From the IMG/VR virus record IMGVR_UViG_3300027759_000001: a stretch of DNA of 64,000 nucleotides. One strand, given 5' to 3'. Under the pieces are notes generated by a model that saw only the letters and a program-made list of their open reading frames with translations, was not told the origin of the DNA and searched no databases. Position numbers and translations under genes: made by a program. This DNA is from a virus. Its lineage: Duplodnaviria; Caudoviricetes. Positions 57,260 to 64,000 of the stretch are shown piece by piece (position 1 is the first letter of the stretch; each line of letters begins with the position of its first letter).

Positions 57260-57267
57260 TATTTATT
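57260..57267 (+). promoter_or_regulatory. Putative late promoter TATTTATT
   Basis: 14 nt upstream of ATG 57282. Confidence 0.55.
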
Positions 57268-57281
57268 AAATAAAAATAACT

Positions 57282-58589
57282 ATGAACAATTATTTAAAAA
57301 ATAAAATTCAAAAACTTATCAACGAAACTTTAGAAGATAAGGCAAATGAAGTTATGGAAAAATTAAAATTTAACAAACCTGGTAGCTCTTTTGACTACGT
57401 TGAAGAAGCTGAATGCTCAGAATGTGGTGGAATGGTTAGAGAAGGTGAATGTTCAGAATGTGGATATATGTCCGAAGGTGACTCACAAGAATGTAATGAA
57501 TGTGGTGGTGAAATGAGAGAAGGTGAATGTTCTGAATGTGGATCCAAAGGTGGTGAAATGATGGAAGATGACGAAATGGATTTTAAAACTCCTATGAGAG
57601 ATGCTATTAGATCACATAAAGGTAAATTTAGAACTCCTATGAGAGATGCTATTAGATCTAATAAAGGTAGATTTAAAACTCCTATGAGAGATGCTATGGC
57701 TATGAGATCTCGTAAAGACAGACATAATGATGTTGAAGATGACATGAACGAAGTTGAGTTGGATGAAAAATTATACGGAAACCAAAAAAGAATTGATAAA
57801 AACCATAATGGAAGATTAGATTCGCAGGACTTCAAAATGTTAAGAAAAGACAAAAAAGAAGATGTAAATGAAAATGTGTTTTATGAATTAACAACTGCAG
57901 TAAATGGTAAAAGAGAAAAACTTTTATTTAATGAAAGTCAGTTTGAAGAAATGATTGAAAATATTGTTTTAAAAGAAGAAGGAAAATTCAATAAAGGTAA
58001 GACACCGGCTGGGTATGCTGAATATGAAAGATCTATTAAAACGTCAAAAAAAAATGAAGAAGGTTATATGAAAGATTTAACCAAAAAAATGAAAGATTAT
58101 TTGAAAGACGGATCTAAAGGCAAATATGAAATGTCACCAAAACATTTTCCAAAAGGAAATGGTGAATTAGAAGAAATGTCTAAAAAAGCTTATGTTGCTT
58201 CAGGTGCAATTGAAGATTATATTGATAACTTCACTGCCGCTGGTTTGGAAAACTTAGATTATGATGAAATCCATCCTGATGAAGATTGGGTAACTGACAA
58301 CGTTGTTGGGTCTTCAAGAACGGGTAATAATCCTGAATGGGCAAACGCAGTTGAGACACCAAATAACGAGAAGAGAAATAAGATTAGAAAAGATAATATG
58401 TTGGCTAAACTTAAGCGTAAGGCTTACAATAAAGCGCCTCAACCAGTTGTAACTGATAAGTCAAGTGGCGGTAAGGCTGATAGTATTATGACTAAGTTAG
58501 AATCTATTGATGAAAAGAAAAAACAAAAAATCAATGAGGATTTTACACGTATTATGGATTTAATGTCTTATAAGAAAAACACCCAATAA
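57282..58589 (+). CDS. Probable internal head protein with CxxC repeats, 15-aa repeats and an EF-hand-like loop
   Basis: EC[SN]ECG x4; F[KR]TPMRDA x3; DKNHNGRLDSQD. Confidence 0.6.
   Translation: MNNYLKNKIQKLINETLEDKANEVMEKLKFNKPGSSFDYVEEAECSECGGMVREGECSECGYMSEGDSQECNECGGEMREGECSECGSKGGEMMEDDEMDFKTPMRDAIRSHKGKFRTPMRDAIRSNKGRFKTPMRDAMAMRSRKDRHNDVEDDMNEVELDEKLYGNQKRIDKNHNGRLDSQDFKMLRKDKKEDVNENVFYELTTAVNGKREKLLFNESQFEEMIENIVLKEEGKFNKGKTPAGYAEYERSIKTSKKNEEGYMKDLTKKMKDYLKDGSKGKYEMSPKHFPKGNGELEEMSKKAYVASGAIEDYIDNFTAAGLENLDYDEIHPDEDWVTDNVVGSSRTGNNPEWANAVETPNNEKRNKIRKDNMLAKLKRKAYNKAPQPVVTDKSSGGKADSIMTKLESIDEKKKQKINEDFTRIMDLMSYKKNTQ
57582..57697 (+). repeat. 45-nt coding tandem repeat x2.6
   Basis: ttta[ag]aactcctatgagagatgctat starts at 57582, 57627 and 57672. 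Confidence 0.9.
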
Positions 58590-58618
58590 TTTACAATTAC
58601 ATAGTTAGGTATTATCAT
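58590..58618 (+). promoter_or_regulatory. sigma70-type promoter TTTACA-17-TATCAT
   Basis: Exact spacing; upstream of 58640. Confidence 0.55.
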
Positions 58619-58639
58619 TGTCCATAGGTATTATAATCT

Positions 58640-59107
58640 ATGGACAATTTTTTTAACTACATATCAAAACAATTAAAACAGGAAGATATTGAGATTTGGT
58701 TTAGCATCAACAATATCATTCCTGAGAAGATGGAATTATATTATGATTTCTCTATATCTATACATAAATTAATTTTAGAGACTTATCTTGGTGATGACGA
58801 TGGTTTTAATGAAACCAAAGTATTGATGACCGAAGAGGATAAGAATAAACACTTTGATTGGTGTTGGGATAAAACAATAGATAGTTTTAATTTAGAAAAC
58901 ATAACATTCAACAAAAAGGGTGAACATTATGATCACTTCCAATCATTTTTTTCTGAAATATATTATAACCAAGTTGATAAAAAAATTAAAGATTCTATTA
59001 ATGTTTTCTTTAGAGATGTGTTTGATTTAGAAAAACCATTTACCCAATCTGATTTAGATATGATACTTAATATTTACAGGAGTTTGGATAAAAATTTGGT
59101 ACTATAG
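58640..59107 (+). CDS. Hypothetical protein (155 aa)
   Basis: Clean ORF. Confidence 0.75.
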   Translation: MDNFFNYISKQLKQEDIEIWFSINNIIPEKMELYYDFSISIHKLILETYLGDDDGFNETKVLMTEEDKNKHFDWCWDKTIDSFNLENITFNKKGEHYDHFQSFFSEIYYNQVDKKIKDSINVFFRDVFDLEKPFTQSDLDMILNIYRSLDKNLVL

Positions 59108-59109
59108 TA

Positions 59110-59138
59110 TTTACTAAGGTAAGTTAGTTAGGTATAAT
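59110..59138 (+). promoter_or_regulatory. sigma70-type promoter TTTACT-17-TATAAT
   Basis: Exact spacing; upstream of the Hc1-like ORF. Confidence 0.65.
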
Positions 59139-59171
59139 TAAATTACATAAACAATAAAATACATTTAAAAA

Positions 59172-59345
59172 ATGGAAACGTTAGAACAAATTAAAACACT
59201 AGTTGAACTATTAAGTGCTGACACGACTAAGTTTTTTGCAGGAAATAAAAGTGCAGGAACAAGAGCAAGAAAAACATCTCAAGAATTAAAAGCATTATTG
59301 CAAACATTAAGAGGTGAAATCTTAGATTCTAAGAAAAATGACTAA
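59172..59345 (+). CDS. Histone H1-like (Hc1-family) protein, 57 aa
   Basis: Not in the ORF track; GNKSAGTRARKTSQEL matches the GNKxAGTRARK signature recalled from Bacteroidota Hc1-like proteins. Confidence 0.8.
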   Translation: METLEQIKTLVELLSADTTKFFAGNKSAGTRARKTSQELKALLQTLRGEILDSKKND

Positions 59346-59532
59346 TATTGATACTTTATATCTTTTTATATTCATTTTTTCAGCTCTGTCAGTTTTTAGA
59401 GTTGTTGTAAAATTTATATTTTCCCTATTACAAACTTTACCTGAAAGATTGGTGATGAGTAATAGGGAAATATTATTCCAAGGTATTTCATTGTCTTATG
59501 TTATAACTTACACAATACAAAATTTTTTATGA
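59338..59532 (+). CDS. Small membrane protein (64 aa)
   Basis: Two hydrophobic segments. Confidence 0.65.
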   Translation: MTNIDTLYLFIFIFSALSVFRVVVKFIFSLLQTLPERLVMSNREILFQGISLSYVITYTIQNFL

Positions 59533-59957
59533 GTTTTTTTACTGAATTTAATACTTTATCACCATACTTACAATCCGTAAGAAAGTTGAAAACATATCTT
59601 TCATTTGACATACATTTTCCTAACACATGGAAAATACCAAAAAAGTTTGTTGATGAAGAAACGTTATTAGAAAATGAATCTACTGAAACAGGTAAAAGAT
59701 TCTTTTCATTTGTTAGTACCTTTAATGAAGAAGAGGTTGAAAAGATTTTTAACAATCTCAGAAACATTATTAAATATAATAAAGAAAGAGAGGAAAAGGA
59801 TAAACTGTTCCAAACCAAAGTTAATGAGTTAAAATCTATTTTTGAAAAACAAAATTTAGATAATCTACAAGCATTAAAATTTGAAATTTCCGATGATCAA
59901 AAAATTGAATTAGAAGATGGAGAAGAAAATACAAACCCAGTTAGAAACTCAAATTGA
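59529..59957 (+). CDS. Hypothetical protein (142 aa)
   Basis: ATGA-coupled ORF. Confidence 0.7.
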   Translation: MSFFTEFNTLSPYLQSVRKLKTYLSFDIHFPNTWKIPKKFVDEETLLENESTETGKRFFSFVSTFNEEEVEKIFNNLRNIIKYNKEREEKDKLFQTKVNELKSIFEKQNLDNLQALKFEISDDQKIELEDGEENTNPVRNSN

Positions 59958-60117
59958 GTGGTTAAATAATGAATTGGAAAAAGATAAGATTGAAGTTGAA
60001 AGAAATAAAAGTAAATTTATCAATCAAATCAAACAATTAAAGAAAGAAGACATTGTAAAAGTCAATGTTGAGAAAATGACATTATGGAAGAGAATAAAGA
60101 AAGTATTGTTGGGATAA
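59917..60117 (+). CDS. Small coiled-coil protein (66 aa)
   Basis: Ends in TLWKRIKKVLLG amphipathic helix. Confidence 0.65.
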   Translation: MEKKIQTQLETQIEWLNNELEKDKIEVERNKSKFINQIKQLKKEDIVKVNVEKMTLWKRIKKVLLG

Positions 60118-60395
60118 TGGAAAAATTGGCAATGATTACAGATGCCACCCAATCTTTATTTCCCGATGGTAAAACGGCAATAGTGTTTGAATTACCGGAA
60201 GTTGATTTTAAAGAAGTCCAAAAAAACTTTAGAGAAATTGATAGTAACTATACTAAATTTAAAATTGATCTTTCTGGTGTTGAGGTAATATTCATCTTAG
60301 AAAATTCATATGAAGAAGAAAAACCTATTGAAGAACCTGTTGTGGTTAAAAAAGAAAGTTGGATTAAAAGAGCAATAAAAAGTTATTTAAAATAA
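60117..60395 (+). CDS. Hypothetical protein
   Basis: TAATG start at 60117 preferred to 60084. Confidence 0.65.
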   Translation: MEKLAMITDATQSLFPDGKTAIVFELPEVDFKEVQKNFREIDSNYTKFKIDLSGVEVIFILENSYEEEKPIEEPVVVKKESWIKRAIKSYLK

Positions 60396-61031
60396 CTACC
60401 TTTTGTATGTTGTATATGTTCTATACAACTTTGATTTAGGGATTCCCCCTTTTTCTAAAATATCATAAATGTATTTCTTTTGTGACTTACTTGAGTCAGG
60501 AACCAATATACAATCCATTCTATTTTTATCCTGTAGAAATTTACCTAATACGTCAAGGAACCTACCAGATTCATTAACAGACTTCAAAGAGAAACAATTA
60601 AACTTATCGTCATTTTGAACCACAATCTTATTGTTAATTTTAGATACAAGTTTCAACCCATCTTTAGGTAGATAGGTTTTAACAAACTTATCAAATGAAA
60701 TTTTAGATGAGGTTTGTATATCGTAAATTAATTCCTCCATTAATAATTCAGAAACAGAAAGTATTGTATAATCACTATTATCCAAGTCCACTTTTATTTG
60801 GCGACCTAGTTCATCCTTAATGAAGTATGAATCAAAATTCTTAGAGTTCTTTTCAAGTAAACCAATTTCAAATGAACAGGATTTCCCGTTTTCAAATAAG
60901 GTGTTGAATCTAATGTCTTTATTACCTACTATTTTACCATCGTAGAACTTTTTAGCGTTCTCGTAAGTCTTAAACGACTTTATTATTTTTTTTCTTTCTT
61001 TATTTTTGAATAGTACGATTAAATAGTTCAT
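60396..61031 (-). CDS. Hypothetical protein
   Basis: Long ORF; ATG 61031 (MNYLIVLFK) preferred. Confidence 0.7.
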   Translation of the reverse strand: MNYLIVLFKNKERKKIIKSFKTYENAKKFYDGKIVGNKDIRFNTLFENGKSCSFEIGLLEKNSKNFDSYFIKDELGRQIKVDLDNSDYTILSVSELLMEELIYDIQTSSKISFDKFVKTYLPKDGLKLVSKINNKIVVQNDDKFNCFSLKSVNESGRFLDVLGKFLQDKNRMDCILVPDSSKSQKKYIYDILEKGGIPKSKLYRTYTTYKR

Positions 61032-61076
61032 AATATTGATCACTCTTTAATTAAGTATATTAATTTTTTTTTATAA

Positions 61077-61985
61077 ATGAATAATGAAAACTATTACGGG
61101 GTTTTAGGTGTTGATGAAAAGGCAACACAAGAAGACATCAAGAAGGCATATAGAAACCTAGCAAAAGAAAATCATCCTGACAAAGGTGGGGATGAAGAAA
61201 AGTTTAAGAAGATCACTGAGGCGTATGATACGATTGGAGACGCAAATAAACGAAGTCAATACGATAATCAACGGAGTAACCCATTTGGTGGTAATTTTGC
61301 TGATATGTTTCATTCATTCAATCAACAACGACAAAGACAAGATACTCACACTAGTGTGATTACGGTGAACATAGGGGTGTTGGATTCATATTTAGGTAGG
61401 AATAAACAAATTACATATAAGAGAAAGACTAGTTGTAATGTTTGTAGTGGATCAGGAGGGGAGAAGAAGGTATGTACTACCTGTAATGGTATTGGTAGTG
61501 TTATGAAACAAATGGGTACGGGTATGTTCGTACAAGTTGTTAATATGATGTGTGATACTTGTTCAGGTACTGGTAAAATTACTATAAATGCTTGTTATTC
61601 GTGTAATGGATCGGAGACTAAAGATGAAATGAAAACATTGGATGTTAAAATACCTCATGGGTTAGAGGATGGTCAGTTCATAAGAATGTCAAATGTTGGT
61701 GATTTTAGAAATGGTAGATTTGGGGATTTGGTTATAAGGGTTAATTTAATGGAAGAAAATGGTTTCTTTAAGAACGGACCACATTTAATATATAACTCTT
61801 ATTTAAACTATGAAGATCTTATAAAGGAGGATATAAACATACCTCATCCTGATGGTGAGTTAAATATTAAATTACCTAAGTTATTTGATTCCTCAAAACC
61901 TTTGAGAGTTAAAGGTAAAGGATTTAAGGTAGATCAAATTGGGGATCTATTAATTAATCGGATTGTTAGGTTTGAAAGACCTTAA
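61077..61985 (+). CDS. dnaJ: DnaJ chaperone (J-domain, four CxxCxGxG-type repeats, C-terminal domain)
   Basis: YYGVLGV...HPDK; [32 protein letters not shown]. Confidence 0.93.
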   Translation: MNNENYYGVLGVDEKATQEDIKKAYRNLAKENHPDKGGDEEKFKKITEAYDTIGDANKRSQYDNQRSNPFGGNFADMFHSFNQQRQRQDTHTSVITVNIGVLDSYLGRNKQITYKRKTSCNVCSGSGGEKKVCTTCNGIGSVMKQMGTGMFVQVVNMMCDTCSGTGKITINACYSCNGSETKDEMKTLDVKIPHGLEDGQFIRMSNVGDFRNGRFGDLVIRVNLMEENGFFKNGPHLIYNSYLNYEDLIKEDINIPHPDGELNIKLPKLFDSSKPLRVKGKGFKVDQIGDLLINRIVRFERP

Positions 61986-62158
61986 AATAAGGACATGATA
62001 TCTTTATATAGAGCTATTGCACCATATATTGATAGGGCAAACATAATACCACCAGTGATAAAAACAAATTTTTGCGTTTTACCTGTTGTTTGATTACACT
62101 TTTTGCATCCCGTTACTTGAGTTGCTTCTGTTTTGTTGTTGTATGTTTCTTCTTCCAT
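61982..62158 (-). CDS. Small membrane protein with CxxC (58 aa)
   Basis: Not in the track; MEEETYNNK...GCKKC...[21 protein letters not shown]; has its own promoter. Confidence 0.65.
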   Translation of the reverse strand: MEEETYNNKTEATQVTGCKKCNQTTGKTQKFVFITGGIMFALSIYGAIALYKDIMSLF

Positions 62159-62178
62159 AATTTTTTGTTATAATAATA

Positions 62179-62207
62179 ATTATACATTAAAACAATTTAT
62201 AAGTGAA
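62179..62207 (-). promoter_or_regulatory. sigma70-type promoter TTCACT-17-TATAAT (minus strand)
   Basis: Exact spacing; upstream of ATG 62158. Confidence 0.6.
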
Positions 62208-62218
62208 TAATTTTTGAA

Positions 62219-62247
62219 TTGACATATCATCATAGAATTCGTATATT
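62219..62247 (+). promoter_or_regulatory. sigma70-type promoter TTGACA-17-TATATT
   Basis: Consensus -35, exact spacer, upstream of the methyltransferase. Confidence 0.8.
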
Positions 62248-62262
62248 TCTAATAAAAAAACT

Positions 62263-63102
62263 ATGTTATCATATATTGGAGGAAAAAGTAAGATAGGAAA
62301 GTGGATAGTCCCTTTCTATGATAAAGATATGGAAACATATGTTGAAACATTCGGTGGGATGTTTTGGTGTTTCTTTAATATGGATCTAAGTCAGTTCCCT
62401 AATCTTAAGAAAGTTATATATAATGACTTCAACCCACTTAACCATAATCTATTTGAATGTATTAAGAATCCTGAAAGATTATTGGAATCAATCAACGCAA
62501 TCCCATGTCAACAATTTGGTGTGGAAATTACACCATCAATATATAAAGAACAATTTATCAGCTTTCAGGCTGAAATATTTGATGAAAATTTCAGGGTAGA
62601 ACCTGGTAATTATGATGTTGCAGCTAAATATGCGTATGTTTTAACACAAGTGTTCTCAGGATCTAAACCTGAAAAAAGTTCTTTCATTGACTTAAAAGGT
62701 AAGTACAAATCTAAATACTTAACATTCCGAGATAAATTAATAAAACCTGATTGGGTTGAACATTTCTTAAGAATAAGTGATGTGGAGAATATGGATTTTG
62801 CTGAGGTGATTGAAAAGTATGATTCACCAACAACTTACTTCTATGTTGATCCACCTTATTGGAAGACTGAAAACTATTATTCTAATCACGATTTTGATAG
62901 GGAAGACCACGAGAGACTTTCAAAGTCATTAATAAATATGGAAGGTAAATTCAGTTTATCGTACTATGATTTTGAATTATTACACGAATGGTTTCCTGAA
63001 GATCAGTACAAATGGGAGAAAAAAGAGTTTGCTAAAGCGGCAGCGGCAAAAAAGGGAACAAAACAAAATATGGGTGAGGAATTATTAATAATGAATTACT
63101 AA
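62263..63102 (+). CDS. dam: DNA adenine methyltransferase (Dam/D12 class)
   Basis: SYIGGKS, YNDFN, FYVDPPY, ELLIMNY; target sequence not determinable from the sequence alone. Confidence 0.9.
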   Translation: MLSYIGGKSKIGKWIVPFYDKDMETYVETFGGMFWCFFNMDLSQFPNLKKVIYNDFNPLNHNLFECIKNPERLLESINAIPCQQFGVEITPSIYKEQFISFQAEIFDENFRVEPGNYDVAAKYAYVLTQVFSGSKPEKSSFIDLKGKYKSKYLTFRDKLIKPDWVEHFLRISDVENMDFAEVIEKYDSPTTYFYVDPPYWKTENYYSNHDFDREDHERLSKSLINMEGKFSLSYYDFELLHEWFPEDQYKWEKKEFAKAAAAKKGTKQNMGEELLIMNY

Positions 63103-63124
63103 TCATTTTTTTATACTATTGGAA

Positions 63125-63132
63125 TATTTATA
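63125..63132 (+). promoter_or_regulatory. Putative late promoter TATTTATA
   Basis: 13 nt upstream of ATG 63146. Confidence 0.55.
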
Positions 63133-63145
63133 TTAAAAACTTATT

Positions 63146-64000
63146 ATGGAATTAATTAAGGTATTAACATCTGTCATAAAAGAAAATACAAACGGTAAAC
63201 GTATTGTAAGTGAGGCAATGTCTGAAAAAGTCATTAAATTTTTAATTGACAAATTTAAACCTACAACTAGAGATACTGAAGAACAAATTACGGCAGTTAT
63301 TAACGCATTTGAGAAATATAAAAATGGGTTACCTCAAGATCAAAGAGATATCACCAAATTAACTTATACTATTGTTAAGAACATTGTTTTATCAAAAGAG
63401 ATTAAAAAACAAGAAAAAAGTATATTCAAAAAATATATGGAAGCCAATAAAGGTGCCGACAAAAATGCGGTTAAATTGGCATTACGTAAGTTTTACGAAT
63501 TGTTTCCAATCCTACCTATAAATCAAAGAGACGTTCTTAAAATGCCTTATTTGAAATTGGTTGAGTTTTTACAGAGTAAGTTTAATACTATGTTAACATC
63601 AGCGGCACTTAAGAAATTTAAAGATGATAAGGTTAATGTAACACCTGAACAATTAATTTATTATGTTTCAACATATTTGGATCTATATCATAGGTTACCT
63701 GCAAATTTACCACCATTGTTGTTTATGAGTTTTGATGAACTTGAACATACATTAGATGGTATGGGAGATTTAACTGATGACATTAAAGATACAAAAGATG
63801 ATTATTCTGACATTGAAACAATATATGATGATGATAACTTATTAATCTTCAAACCAAGTGGTAAGGAACAATGTATTAAATTGGCTAACGGAAGAAGTTG
63901 GTGTATATCTAAATCAGGTGGTGGTAATATGTATTACAATTATCGTTTGGGTAATAACTTAACAATTTATTATGTTATTGATAAAGATAAACCATTTGGT
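63146..64000 (+). CDS. Hypothetical protein, 3'-truncated
   Basis: Open to the window end (absent from the track); MELIKVLTSVIKE...; SWCISKSGGGNMYYNY...IYYVIDK. Confidence 0.8.
   Translation, partial: MELIKVLTSVIKENTNGKRIVSEAMSEKVIKFLIDKFKPTTRDTEEQITAVINAFEKYKNGLPQDQRDITKLTYTIVKNIVLSKEIKKQEKSIFKKYMEANKGADKNAVKLALRKFYELFPILPINQRDVLKMPYLKLVEFLQSKFNTMLTSAALKKFKDDKVNVTPEQLIYYVSTYLDLYHRLPANLPPLLFMSFDELEHTLDGMGDLTDDIKDTKDDYSDIETIYDDDNLLIFKPSGKEQCIKLANGRSWCISKSGGGNMYYNYRLGNNLTIYYVIDKDKPFG

Noticed and set aside
57395-57853. Antisense 152-aa ORF with repeats
   Set aside because: Mirror of repeats in 57282-58589; no promoter or independent signal
1-64000. Stop-codon reassignment
   Set aside because: Long genes are intact in code 11 and TAA, TAG and TGA all end genes
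1-64000. Eukaryotic giant-virus origin (eukaryote-like RNR, DnaJ, plant-like GT)
   Set aside because: sigma70, gp25/gp6 baseplate, gp32-like SSB, DnaB, bacterial promoters and terminators indicate a bacteriophage
1-64000. tRNA or rRNA genes
   Set aside because: No cloverleaf or T-loop (GTTCGA) context seen in intergenic gaps; a tRNAscan-SE run would confirm

Overview
A 64-kb AT-rich (roughly 30% GC by eye), gene-dense segment of a large tailed dsDNA phage with T4-like (myovirus) baseplate genes. The host is most likely Bacteroidota. Evidence: a sigma factor of the Bacteroidota primary-sigma type, TTTG/TAnnTTTG promoters, SprB repeats, an Hc1 histone-like protein, signal peptides cleaved before Gln, and no Shine-Dalgarno sites. 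Gene order: 5'-truncated baseplate-hub-like protein; replication block (gp32-like SSB, RecA/UvsX, 5'-3' exonuclease, DnaB, NrdB/NrdA); about 27 kb baseplate/tail module rich in Cys and mucin-like Thr/Pro tracts, with an embedded plant-HPAT/SERGT-like glycosyltransferase and a RuvC-like resolvase; primase, exonuclease, SbcD and SbcC; sigma70; a candidate structured ncRNA; a putative lysis cluster and probable internal head proteins; Hc1, DnaJ, Dam, and a 3'-truncated ORF. I saw no tRNA, rRNA, CRISPR array, intron, intein or transposase. Best leads: (1) a phage-encoded protein O-glycosylation system acting on mucin-like virion proteins; (2) an independently transcribed pseudoknotted RNA at about 52.46-52.60 kb; (3) a three-tier promoter cascade. 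All family assignments come from motif recognition and memory; no searches were run.
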